Assembly (NCBI GenBank): GCA_039680575.1
Contig: JBDKSP010000009.1
Location: forward strand, 1 to 16,663
Direction of reading: 5' to 3'
DNA from: Armatimonadota bacterium
Lineage (GTDB): Bacteria > Armatimonadota > UBA5829 > DTLH01
Length of the DNA stretch: 16,663 nt
In this document: piece by piece, positions 1-9,099 of the stretch
Position numbering within the stretch: the first letter of the stretch is position 1
How the letters are laid out: each line of letters opens with the position of its first letter
Made by a program: the position numbers and the translations under genes
Notes under the pieces: model-generated
What the model saw: the letters and a program-made list of their open reading frames with translations, nothing else
Told to the model about the DNA's origin: nothing
Database searches by the model: none

Positions 1-102
1 TTGTCGGATTCACGAGGCTCTCGATATCCTAATGCAGACAGTGGCGGCCTGTATTCAACAGCGAAACGACCAAGCCACTGCCTGCAAGGTAGAAATGTAA
101 TG

Positions 103-480
103 TCATTTACTGGAAAGTGCACTAGCATCAGTCAGTTCTCCGTTTGCATCAATACCGCAAAGGATATTCTGTCGCACTGTGCCTCTAAACCAATAACTCT
201 GCCCAGAAACATATAGTATCTTACTTCGTAGCGCATTGCCCGGAATTAATCTTAACGGTACGCCATTAAGACTAACACCGCCAGCCGTTGGCGGCAATAA
301 TCCAGCCATTACCTTCAACAAAGTCGACTTTCCACTTCCATTTTCCCCTTCAAGCCGATATATGTATCCTGTTTCTATTCGCCACGAGATGTTCCGCAGC
401 GCACTAGCAGTTCCATTGTAAGAAAAACGCAGTTCGTCCAGCCCCGTGGACCCACTGGACCACGGGGAGAAGCACGACAT
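103..480 (-). pseudogene. Truncated ABC exporter ATP-binding domain (N-terminal half of the NBD only)
   Basis: Walker A GENGSGKST, Q-loop region ILYVSGQ and FRGTVRQNI typical of ABCB-type exporters. TGA occurs before any LSGGQ signature or Walker B, and an in-frame TGA two codons upstream of the ATG means no TMD is fused. Confidence 0.75.
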
Positions 481-490
481 ACATCAATCT

Positions 491-530
491 CTTTGGATTG
501 CGGAAGCGGCAGCTTCCGCTTTTCTATCGA
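491..530. repeat. REP-like hairpin (CTTTGGA-TG-GGAAGC...CTTCCGCTTTTCTATCGA family), copy 1
   Basis: Perfect stem gcggaagc-ggca-gcttccgc at 500-519. The 18-nt cttccgcttttctatcga is identical at 13279-13296 and 13707-13724, and the ctttgga 5' end is also shared. Confidence 0.8.
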
Positions 531-609
531 CATAAACAAAGTGTCCTGGCTAAAATCCCGTATGCCAAGATATGATACCGACCTCGCAGAAGATGGATTA
601 TCTTACCTG

Positions 610-1371
610 TCATGGCGACAGCATATAGCTAAATCCTCTATTGAACAATTGCTCAAATACTTGTGGATCATTGGTGAAGTTTGGACTGGCTTCCAGCCGA
701 GATGCAACAATTTTAAGGGTGGCTTCTGAACCAAAGAATGTAAGCCCCATCCTGCAATCACAATCCGACCACACAAGGCTTGCTACTCCGCCCATGTCAT
801 TAGTGAGGTCGAGGTAGCTTACAAGGACTGCATCAGACTGAAGAGACGGCTCTGGTGAGTTTGTAAGCCATTTAGAACACAACCAAAGCCATGCCGGACC
901 TTGGACAATCCTTGCCCAGTATGATTCCTTTACGGGATGGCTTCTGGGGATGAAAGAGATAATACAGCCCTGTTCAGGCTCCGAAATCCCAAAACCTGAA
1001 CCGCTCATTAATACATCAGGCAATATTTTGTATGCATCCGAAGACAATGAGCCGACTTTAGATACTGCGGTCTTTCTTATGGAGCCAAAACTCATAGAGG
1101 ATTCGAGAATCGTCTCATCAGTCAGCAGATTCCAATTATCAGCCCAGCTTTTAGCCTCATTTTCTTTGTCAGGCACATCCAGATGTGCTATGGCAGACCA
1201 GACCACTCCCTTTAGCGGAGCAAATGCAGCAATCAGTTCTTCAAGATCATCAGCGATGAACTTGTCTTCAGTCGAGCTGAGCCACAAGGCATATTTTTGT
1301 TTTTTACTTATGCTTGGCAAATATGCCTCATATTCTTGTGTAACCGGATGGAGGCAAAATTGAATCGGCAT
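610..1371 (-). CDS. Hypothetical protein (253 aa)
   Basis: Long ORF co-oriented with its neighbours in an AT-richer patch. No motif recognised. Confidence 0.65.
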   Translation of the reverse strand: MPIQFCLHPVTQEYEAYLPSISKKQKYALWLSSTEDKFIADDLEELIAAFAPLKGVVWSAIAHLDVPDKENEAKSWADNWNLLTDETILESSMSFGSIRKTAVSKVGSLSSDAYKILPDVLMSGSGFGISEPEQGCIISFIPRSHPVKESYWARIVQGPAWLWLCSKWLTNSPEPSLQSDAVLVSYLDLTNDMGGVASLVWSDCDCRMGLTFFGSEATLKIVASRLEASPNFTNDPQVFEQLFNRGFSYMLSP

Positions 1372-1404
1372 TGTTGCAACTCGATTTCCAAGTTCGCTGG
1401 ATTA

Positions 1405-2010
1405 TTAGTTTTTGGACTTCTGCGACTTCTTCCCTACTTCGGCCTCGGTCACAAGATCCGGCCTGAACGGGCCTGCTGTGAAACACCCTGCCTTTGGTGA
1501 CCAGCGAAACTCTTTTTCGGCAAAAGGATGGCCTGAAAGTGCGTCCGGTTTCAACTCGTGAGCGGTAAGATAAGTGAGCGTCAAAGATTCCAGGTAGCCT
1601 TGTCGATCATATTTATACCTGACGTTGCCCTCATGGTGTTCGCCCAGCAGGATATGAAGCTGCTTGTTCGATTTATCTATCTCCACAACATGAACATACC
1701 GCCGGGTGTCACCATCGCCTGTAATGACAATGACATCATGATAACTGGAATCAGTTCCATGCAGTTTTGTTAACTTGCATTCAACCGGCAGCTTCATGCC
1801 TTCAAGCATAACCGTTGCCTTTTTCTCTTCTTTGCCGTCTTTATCCTTTTCCCATAAAGCCACCTCTGCCCATTGGTCGAGAGCAGCTCCCTTTTTTACG
1901 CTATAGACAACAAGCGCCATATTGGTATTTGCTATAGGCAGCTTGATTGGAGGCGAAATGTAGCTACTGCAGTTACCTATAATACCTATTGCGATTAACA
2001 ATGCTATCAT
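1405..2010 (-). CDS. Hypothetical exported or lipoprotein-like protein (201 aa)
   Basis: GGAG RBS 8 nt upstream of the ATG. Hydrophobic N-terminus MIALLIAIGIIGNC. Confidence 0.7.
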   Translation of the reverse strand: MIALLIAIGIIGNCSSYISPPIKLPIANTNMALVVYSVKKGAALDQWAEVALWEKDKDGKEEKKATVMLEGMKLPVECKLTKLHGTDSSYHDVIVITGDGDTRRYVHVVEIDKSNKQLHILLGEHHEGNVRYKYDRQGYLESLTLTYLTAHELKPDALSGHPFAEKEFRWSPKAGCFTAGPFRPDLVTEAEVGKKSQKSKN

Positions 2011-2158
2011 GGCTTACTCTCCAGTATAATAAAAGCCTCAAACTAATGCCGTGGGCTTTTCCGAAGTATATTCTTATTGACTCGATAACACAAGTTAGAA
2101 AACACGCGCAATTTTCAGGCCGACTGTAGAAATGTACACTGGCAAAACAAACCGCCCG

Positions 2159-3379
2159 CTACTTCCCGCCCATCCCCGCCACGTACCCGCTGGACCAGGC
2201 CCATTGCAGGTTGAACCCGCCGGAGTTGCCGTCTACATCTATGACTTCACCGGCAAAGTAGAGGTTTTCTACCAGTTTCGACTGCAGAGTCCGGGGGTCG
2301 ATCTCTTTTGTATCTACTCCGCCTGCCGTGACCTGGGCTTCCTTAAGCGGGCGGAGCTTCGAGACGGTCAGTGTCATATCCTTCATAACTCTCACGGTCT
2401 TCAGCCGCTTGCGCCTCGAAACATCACCGGCAAGCTCGGTTTCATCGATTCCCGCGAGTCTTAGGATGATTGGAATCAGACCTTTGGGTAAAATACCTAC
2501 CAAAGAGTCTTTGACTGCCGTTTTAGCGCCGTTTTGGAAGGACTGCAGGACTATCCGGTCCAGATCATCTTCCGTCAAGTCAGAAAAGAGGTCGATGTGC
2601 AGCATCACCTCGGAAGTTTTGAGAAGCGGTGCGATACTCCCGGCTTGTGCCATCACGGCGGGGCCTGATACTCCATAACCGGTAAAAAGCAGGTCTCCGG
2701 CGCTCTCGCTGATCTTCCTGTCGCCGCTCGTTGACCAGACAAAAGCCTCGACTTTGATGCCCTGCACCTCTTTAGGCCATTCGTCGGCGGTCTCGATGGG
2801 AACAAGCGCCGCATGGATCGGCGTGAGCGAGTGCCCAAGTTTTTCAGCCCAGTAAAGCCCGTCACCGGTGGAACCCAGGTGATGCGCGGCCCTTCCGCCG
2901 GTCGCTATTATGAGGTCATCAGCACTGATCTGCCTTCCGTCAGCCAAAGAAATCTTCCAAATGTTCGGTTTCTCGATTTTCACGACCTGCGCACTGAGGA
3001 AAACATCCGCTTTGCTGCGGGAAAGAGCCTGCTCAAGCACTTCGACGACGCTCGATGCCTGGTTCGTGCGGGGGAAGACCCTCCCGCCGTCTTCTTCTTT
3101 CAGAATAAGCCCAAGATTCTGAAAAAACTCCATAGTGGCGTGCTGGTCGAACCGGCTGATTACGGTTTGGATGAACTCAGGGCTCGCGCCGTGGTAGCGG
3201 TCTGCGGTGACGTTTGTGTTGGTCAGATTGCAGCGCCCGTTGCCGGTCGAAAGGAGCTTTCTACCGAGCTGAGGGTTCCTGTCTATCAAAATAACACGCT
3301 TGCCGTTCTTGGAAGCGGTGATAGCTGCCATTATCCCGGCAGGACCTGCTCCAATGACCGCTGCATCATATTTTTTCAC
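2159..3379 (-). CDS. HI0933/BaiN/YhiN-family NAD(P)/FAD-dependent oxidoreductase
   Basis: IGAGPAG dinucleotide-binding motif, GRKLLSTGNGRCNLTN, GRVFP, TAGGV and GEVIDVDGNSGGFNLQWAWSSG. Confidence 0.95.
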   Translation of the reverse strand: MKKYDAAVIGAGPAGIMAAITASKNGKRVILIDRNPQLGRKLLSTGNGRCNLTNTNVTADRYHGASPEFIQTVISRFDQHATMEFFQNLGLILKEEDGGRVFPRTNQASSVVEVLEQALSRSKADVFLSAQVVKIEKPNIWKISLADGRQISADDLIIATGGRAAHHLGSTGDGLYWAEKLGHSLTPIHAALVPIETADEWPKEVQGIKVEAFVWSTSGDRKISESAGDLLFTGYGVSGPAVMAQAGSIAPLLKTSEVMLHIDLFSDLTEDDLDRIVLQSFQNGAKTAVKDSLVGILPKGLIPIILRLAGIDETELAGDVSRRKRLKTVRVMKDMTLTVSKLRPLKEAQVTAGGVDTKEIDPRTLQSKLVENLYFAGEVIDVDGNSGGFNLQWAWSSGYVAGMGGK

Positions 3380-3465
3380 TTATCAGCCACCTGTTCGTGT
3401 TGATCCAAACTGCACGCAATCCATCCGTTTACTATTTTAACTCAACTCGCCCCATTCGCCAAAAC

Positions 3466-4215
3466 TCACTCCTGCCTTATCCATTTGAGCAGTCTGAACC
3501 GGCTGCCCTGCTCGCCGGCATCAGCGTTTACCTCATCCATAAGCGCATTTATCAACTTGAAACCGATGGAGTCCAAAGCAATGGTTTTGTCGCAGTCACC
3601 GCTGCCGGTCACTTCCATAACGAATGCAGAGGAACTGTACATGCACCGGAGGCATATTTTGTTCGGGTTCCCATCGGCAGAAGCTGTAGATCTCAATATC
3701 CGCGCAAGAACCTCCGTCAGAGCCAGCCTTACATCGGTTATGGATCTATGGTTGAGCCCCGACTCCTGAGCAGTGGAAACTCCCAGGTCACGCAGGTGGA
3801 AAATCATCTCCGGCTCAGCCAGGACCACCGATTCGGTTATCCTCCAATCCTGCCGGTTGAGGTCCGGTTGGTCCTTGTGAGGCTTGTGCCTCCCCGATTT
3901 GACCATCGCAAGCCCCAGCGGCGAGGCAAGCTCCGTTATCTGAAGAATCCTCAGGATTCCGTCGCTCACACCCGAAAGAGTAACCTGCACACCGGCCTTC
4001 TGTGCCTGTTCTACAGCTTCGGAAAGCGCCATGAGAGCGCTTGAGTCAAGCAGTTCCGCCTCGGAGAGATCGATCACGACTCTGGGACCTTTCTCAATCG
4101 CGCGCGACAGTAATGCAGAGAACTCGGAGCTGTTCAGAAAATCGACATCTCCATTGACCCTGACGACCTGCTCCTGTCCCAGTTCCAGATCGACGAACCA
4201 GCCGTTCATCTTCAC
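3466..4215 (-). CDS. Anti-sigma antagonist (STAS, RsbV/SpoIIAA-like) fused to a degenerate RsbW-like HATPase_c domain
   Basis: N-terminal GDVD...VVIDLS..LLDSSAL...ILQIT STAS pattern. C-terminal DVRLALTE...GFKLINALMDEV...GSRFRLLK RsbW-like pattern. Confidence 0.85.
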   Translation of the reverse strand: MKMNGWFVDLELGQEQVVRVNGDVDFLNSSEFSALLSRAIEKGPRVVIDLSEAELLDSSALMALSEAVEQAQKAGVQVTLSGVSDGILRILQITELASPLGLAMVKSGRHKPHKDQPDLNRQDWRITESVVLAEPEMIFHLRDLGVSTAQESGLNHRSITDVRLALTEVLARILRSTASADGNPNKICLRCMYSSSAFVMEVTGSGDCDKTIALDSIGFKLINALMDEVNADAGEQGSRFRLLKWIRQE

Positions 4216-4219
4216 CTCA

Positions 4220-6979
4220 TTAATGAATTTGTTGGTAATCTATCTCCCACTGCATGACAGCCACGGGTTTATTCTCCAATGCTGCGGCAATGATCGCTAT
4301 GTCGTCTCTTATGTTGCCTTCCGCGAAGTTTCGTGTCTCTTCACAGATTATTTCGACCATTTTTTCAGGTCCCAGTTCTGCATGCCGGAAAAGAATGTCC
4401 TGGAGCCCTTCCGTAGAAAGCACTCTTCCCTCACGCCGAGCCTCTATGATCCCATCGGTGTACAGAAGAAGCAGGTCTCCGGGTGCCAGCACAGCCTCCC
4501 TTTCCTCATACCTCGAATCTTCCGTATAACCGACCGGAATGCCGGTGCGGTACAGCATTGTCTGCTGCTTACCTGAGTGTTTAAGAACAATTGCGGGCGG
4601 ATGTCCTGCGTTTGCGTAGATTATCGACCCGGTAGCGGGGTCGATAACTGCACAGAAAACCGTCACTATCGCAACACTGCCGAAATAATTCACAATGGCA
4701 CGGTTCAGCATATCAAGCGCTGTCGCGGGGCTCTCCTGCCACTGGAAGATAAACGCGCGGGCCATATACCGCACCATCGCTGTGTGCACCGCGGCCTGGA
4801 TACCCTTGCCGGAGACATCAGCTATCAACAGCGCGGTCTTTCCGTTCGGCAGAGCGATAGCATCGAAAAGATCACCGCCTACACGGGACTCATCCAGAGC
4901 GGATAGATACTTGTTGCCGAGTATCAACCCGCCAAGTTTGTTCGGGATTACGCCCACCAGCATGCTCTGCAGCGTTTCGGCTATCCTGTACTCCCTGCTG
5001 AACATTTTCGCATTAGCAATTACAACCGCGGCGTGATTTGCGATGGCTGAAAGCAGGTCTATTTCCCTTTGCTCGGATTTTTCAGCGAGTTTCTTCCAGA
5101 CTACGACAGCCCCGACGACACTTTCACCAGCCGTAAGCGGGGCATATATACGAGCTACATCACCTTCATCCTCCGGGGTTTTGCCCGGTGGCTCACTGTG
5201 TGCATCACGGCAAATTTCTACCAAAATCGAGCATTTCTTTCGGTCCTGCAGTTCCGTCTCCAGCTTTTTCTGCTGTTTTCTGTTCAAATTGCTCGATTCC
5301 GCCACAGTGAGCCGCCCACTGCTGTCAACAAGAAGTATGGCGCAGGCTTCCGCCCACATAACATCTTCCGTCGTCCGTACCAGGGCACACAGGATCTGTC
5401 TTAAGTCCAGCGACGCGGATATCGACTCGTCCACTCTTCTCAGCGAGTCCAGCGTATCGATCAATTCTTCCGTACGGCCATGGGTGCAGGCGTTGTGAAT
5501 GGCTATCGCGGCGCATGATGCGAAAGACCCGAGAAAACTGATCCTGTCTTCCAGTTGCATCTTCGAATAGTCTTCGCCGGGAAATGTGGTTATCAGTGCA
5601 CCTACCGGGCGGCTTCCGACAACCAGCGGGACCGTGACAGCCGGTAATTCCCCAGCTTTCGGGCAGGAATAAGCTGCAGCGCCTGGAGCGGGTATATCAC
5701 CGAGGGAATCCAGGGCATGCCGGGCAAGCGCCAGCATTGCCGCACGGAACGCATCGTCTACGGGTTCGGGTATCAGGACCGGCTCGATTTCGCAGCTCTC
5801 ATCACTGACCCTGTAGATAATCACATGCTCCGCCCCGAACTGAGACTTCAGTATGTCTTCGATAGACGATGCTACTATCTTTACATCCAGACTTGCCGAC
5901 ACGGTTTTTGTCACATCCAAAAGGCTCTGTTGAACACGTGTCGTCAGGCGAAGCGCTTTTTGCTGGGACTCCAGGCTATCAGCCATTTTGTTGAAATTGA
6001 CCGCAAGCGAATGCAGTTCATCGTTGGTATTTATTTTTACCCTGCGCCTCAGGTCGCCGACAGCCACGGCAGCGGCAGCGCGTGAGAGCTTTCTTATCGG
6101 GCTGGCTATGCGATTGCCGATGGTGAGGAATATTAAAAGCGCCAAAGCCATTGTCAGGATTTGCAGCAGTACTATATAAACACCGGCAGTCGAGGTATCG
6201 TTTACTTTGGGATGCTCCAGCACGGCGATGCGCCAGCCGGACCTCTCGCAAATAGTTCCCCATCCGCATATATCCGGCTCATCGAATTGATGGAACTGTC
6301 CCTCAGCCAGTTTCGGACTGAACAATATTCCATGAATCGACTTATGATCGATACAGCCGCCGGTCTCAGAAACGATACTACCATCGCGGTCCAATACTGC
6401 AACACAACGGGATTCATCAGCGTAATCATGCAGCGCGCACGTGACTGTGTCCACAGATATGACCACATAAAAGATGTTCAGACGGCTATCCGCAGTAGGG
6501 TCCGGAATGGTTATCGTGAAGACAGGTTGGCCACCCAACCGGCTGACAGAAGAAACGCAGGGAACGGACCTGAGGATGGCAGGTGGGAGTGTGGCAAGTT
6601 TTCCGCCTGGTGGAAGCGCAGGATACCGGCATATCAGATGCCCTTTCTCATCCATTAGCCCGGCAGCAATGAAATTATGGTTGCTGTTGACCAGCAGTTG
6701 GAGTTTTTGTTTTATGCGCTCGGGCTTTTCATTTTTACCCAGCGTACTGAGAGTCAACTTGAGGCATGCTGAGGAGTTGTCCAGGACACTTTCTACTCTG
6801 GCTTGTGCAGCCTTGGCCTGCGTAAGCATGGAATCCGACGCGAGTTCATGGTAGCTCCGGCTGTACTCGTGGCGGATGGCAAATTGAAGCGCCGCCAGCA
6901 GCAGGAACACCAAAAGAAATGCAGCCAGGAGTTTTCCTGTGATGCTTCGGAAGCCAAGTCTCGCGTTCATACGTATCAA
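4220..6979 (-). CDS. Membrane-bound SpoIIE/RsbU-family PP2C phosphatase (TM, extracellular Cache-like domain, TM, HAMP, 2xGAF, PP2C)
   Basis: Two TM segments and a HAMP domain (IASPIRKL...DELHSLAVNFNKMA). GAF signatures VPLVVGSRPVGAL and APLTAGESVVGAV. PP2C motifs VGGDLFD, IADVSGKG, NAGHPP, YTDG and DDIA. Start is TTG 6979 or ATG 6970. Confidence 0.93.
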   Translation of the reverse strand: MIRMNARLGFRSITGKLLAAFLLVFLLLAALQFAIRHEYSRSYHELASDSMLTQAKAAQARVESVLDNSSACLKLTLSTLGKNEKPERIKQKLQLLVNSNHNFIAAGLMDEKGHLICRYPALPPGGKLATLPPAILRSVPCVSSVSRLGGQPVFTITIPDPTADSRLNIFYVVISVDTVTCALHDYADESRCVAVLDRDGSIVSETGGCIDHKSIHGILFSPKLAEGQFHQFDEPDICGWGTICERSGWRIAVLEHPKVNDTSTAGVYIVLLQILTMALALLIFLTIGNRIASPIRKLSRAAAAVAVGDLRRRVKINTNDELHSLAVNFNKMADSLESQQKALRLTTRVQQSLLDVTKTVSASLDVKIVASSIEDILKSQFGAEHVIIYRVSDESCEIEPVLIPEPVDDAFRAAMLALARHALDSLGDIPAPGAAAYSCPKAGELPAVTVPLVVGSRPVGALITTFPGEDYSKMQLEDRISFLGSFASCAAIAIHNACTHGRTEELIDTLDSLRRVDESISASLDLRQILCALVRTTEDVMWAEACAILLVDSSGRLTVAESSNLNRKQQKKLETELQDRKKCSILVEICRDAHSEPPGKTPEDEGDVARIYAPLTAGESVVGAVVVWKKLAEKSEQREIDLLSAIANHAAVVIANAKMFSREYRIAETLQSMLVGVIPNKLGGLILGNKYLSALDESRVGGDLFDAIALPNGKTALLIADVSGKGIQAAVHTAMVRYMARAFIFQWQESPATALDMLNRAIVNYFGSVAIVTVFCAVIDPATGSIIYANAGHPPAIVLKHSGKQQTMLYRTGIPVGYTEDSRYEEREAVLAPGDLLLLYTDGIIEARREGRVLSTEGLQDILFRHAELGPEKMVEIICEETRNFAEGNIRDDIAIIAAALENKPVAVMQWEIDYQQIH

Positions 6980-7017
6980 CCAACTCCATTAAAAGCACCC
7001 ATTATAAACGCAGAGGA

Positions 7018-7046
7018 AGTATAACCACCTATCAAGCGTTTGTCAA
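7018..7046 (-). promoter_or_regulatory. Sigma70-type promoter for the phosphatase/STAS operon
   Basis: On the - strand TTGACA (7046-7041), 17-nt spacer, TATACT (7023-7018). Confidence 0.75.
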
Positions 7047-7075
7047 TATGCCTGGCTGCCTTTTACATCCTTTTC

Positions 7076-7105
7076 TTGCCCTCAGCTTGTCATGTAGGTT
7101 ATAAT
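7076..7105 (+). promoter_or_regulatory. Sigma70-type promoter for the cinA-thpR-recA unit
   Basis: TTGCCC (7076-7081), 18-nt spacer, TATAAT (7100-7105), about 40 nt upstream of the cinA TTG with a GGAGG RBS. Confidence 0.6.
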
Positions 7106-7145
7106 AAGCTGTCAGCATTGTGACATTTATCTATGGAGGGCTACT

Positions 7146-8381
7146 TTGCGCGCTGAGATTATATCGGTCGGAACGGAGCTTTTGCTCGGCCAGATCGTTG
7201 ATACGGACGCTGTGCATCTTTCCCGCCTGCTTGCCGGGTTGGGCATAGACCTCTATCGCAGAAGTACCATTGGGGATAATTACGAGCGCGCCGTGGAAGC
7301 GATCCGTACGGCGGTTTCGCGGGCTGATATAGTTTTTACCATCGGCGGATTGGGACCTACCGAAGACGATTTGACTAAGGAAGCTGTTGCCGAAGCGCTC
7401 GGCGTAGAGCTTGTTCTGGATGAGGAATCCGCAAACCGCGTACGCGAGTATTTTGCTTCACGCGGGCTTCATATGCCCGAACGTAATATCAAACAGGCGT
7501 TTATCCCAAAAGAAGGGCGTGCCATTCCAAATGATTTCGGCACTGCGCCGGGAGCCGTCTTCGAGCATAAAGGGAAGATAGTAATATCTCTCCCCGGCCC
7601 GCCGCAGGAGTTCGTACCGATGGTAGAGCAGGGCGTAATGCCGTATCTTCGGGAAAAGACCGGCAGCAGGACGGCGCTTATCAAATCCAGAGTTTTGAAA
7701 ATTGCAGGTCTTGGCGAATCGGCGGTCGAAGAGCAGGTGCTAGACCTTCTCGGAAGCCAAAACCCGACTGTTGCGCCGCTTGCGCACCCGGGTGAGGTCC
7801 ATTTAAGAATAACAGCGAAGGCTGAGGATGTAGAATCAGCCGACCGAATGATCCGCGAAGTTGAACTTAAACTTAGAGAGCGGCTCGGAGATGCCGTGTT
7901 CGGAGTGGACGAGGAGACCCTTGAGCAGGTAGTCGTCGAGAGGTTAATCGAGAAAAAACTCACTCTCGCACTTGCGGAATCCTGCACCGGAGGGCTTCTT
8001 TCGCACCGGATTACAAACATTCCTGGAAGTTCTGCTGCATTATTTGCAGGAATTACGGCCTACAGTAATGAATCTAAAGTTAAGTTCCTTGGAGTGCCTC
8101 GGGGAATAATAGAGAAATATGGCGCTGTGAGCCATGAGACGGCAAAAGCTATGGCGTCAGGCGTGAGAATTGCGACCGGGGCAGATATCGGAATGGGGAT
8201 AACAGGTATTGCCGGACCGGGAGGCGCGACAGCGGCTAAACCGGTCGGGCTTGTGTATATCGCACTCAGCTCGGAGGACGAAGAATCCTCTGTTGAATAT
8301 CGATTTGCCGGTTCCCGGCTGGATGTCAAGACCCGCAGCGCCCAAGCTGCGCTGGTCATGCTGAGGTGTCACCTACTCTGA
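7146..8381 (+). CDS. cinA: Competence/damage-inducible protein CinA (MoCF-like domain plus NMN deamidase PncC domain)
   Basis: EIISVGTELLLGQIVDT, GGLGPTEDDLT, GTAPG, LPGPP, AESCTGG and GITGIAGPGG..KPVGLVY. Located upstream of recA. Confidence 0.97.
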   Translation: MRAEIISVGTELLLGQIVDTDAVHLSRLLAGLGIDLYRRSTIGDNYERAVEAIRTAVSRADIVFTIGGLGPTEDDLTKEAVAEALGVELVLDEESANRVREYFASRGLHMPERNIKQAFIPKEGRAIPNDFGTAPGAVFEHKGKIVISLPGPPQEFVPMVEQGVMPYLREKTGSRTALIKSRVLKIAGLGESAVEEQVLDLLGSQNPTVAPLAHPGEVHLRITAKAEDVESADRMIREVELKLRERLGDAVFGVDEETLEQVVVERLIEKKLTLALAESCTGGLLSHRITNIPGSSAALFAGITAYSNESKVKFLGVPRGIIEKYGAVSHETAKAMASGVRIATGADIGMGITGIAGPGGATAAKPVGLVYIALSSEDEESSVEYRFAGSRLDVKTRSAQAALVMLRCHLL

Positions 8382-8393
8382 CCTGCCCCTACT

Positions 8394-8484
8394 GAGTTTC
8401 AGGTGTTGCCTGAAACTCTCCCGGAAAATTTTCGGCAATAGCCAGTATACGATTGGGTGTTAACAGAGCAGCCGAAAATCTATA
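8394..8484. repeat. Double-hairpin module carrying a 30-bp internal insert
   Basis: gagtttcagg-tgttg-cctgaaactc, then attttcggc...gccgaaaatc. Homologous to 16543-16604. Confidence 0.85.
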
Positions 8485-8508
8485 AATACAAAAACGGAGT
8501 TTATCCGT

Positions 8509-9099
8509 ATGCCCGATGCGATACGAACATTCGTAGCTGTCTTGATTTCCGACAGTCTGAAGCGTAGAATATCTTTAGTTCAAGAAGAGTTCAAAAAAGT
8601 CGCGCCTAAGGTAAAATGGGTCGCCAACGAGAACTACCATATCACGATTAAGTTCTTGGGTGGTGTAAGGTGTGATCGTATTGAGGCTGTTTTACAGGCT
8701 GTTGGGAGTGCGGTGGAAGGAATCGAGCCGTTCGACATCGAGATCGGCGAGGCAGGTGCCTTTCCGAACCCCGGCAGGCCGAAAACGGTCTGGGTGGGAG
8801 TGACATCTGGGTGCGAAATGCTCGCCGGAATAGCCGGGCGGGTGGATGAAGCGCTGGAAAAACTCGGATTCGAGAAAGAAACCAGACCATTCAGGTCTCA
8901 TATAACTATTGGAAGAGTAAAAGACGACTGCGACGCGAAAGAACTCGGCCCTGCGCTCAAAAACGCGGAAATCGGGCAGTTGGGATCTTTTAAGGTGGAA
9001 TCCGTCGCGGTAATGAAGAGCGATTTGAGAAGAGAAGGACCAGTTTATTCGGTGGTTCGGGAGATCGTCTTCCAAACGCCGGAGGGGAGTAGTCACTGA
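8509..9099 (+). CDS. thpR: RNA 2',3'-cyclic phosphodiesterase (2H family, LigT)
   Basis: RTFVAV start and two HxT motifs (YHITIKF, SHITIGR). Its TGA overlaps the recA ATG. Confidence 0.95.
   Translation: MPDAIRTFVAVLISDSLKRRISLVQEEFKKVAPKVKWVANENYHITIKFLGGVRCDRIEAVLQAVGSAVEGIEPFDIEIGEAGAFPNPGRPKTVWVGVTSGCEMLAGIAGRVDEALEKLGFEKETRPFRSHITIGRVKDDCDAKELGPALKNAEIGQLGSFKVESVAVMKSDLRREGPVYSVVREIVFQTPEGSSH

Noticed and set aside
2141..2162. Possible GTAG REP overlapping the flavoprotein stop codon on the - strand
   Set aside because: The stem is weak, depends on G-T pairs, and has no partner copy.
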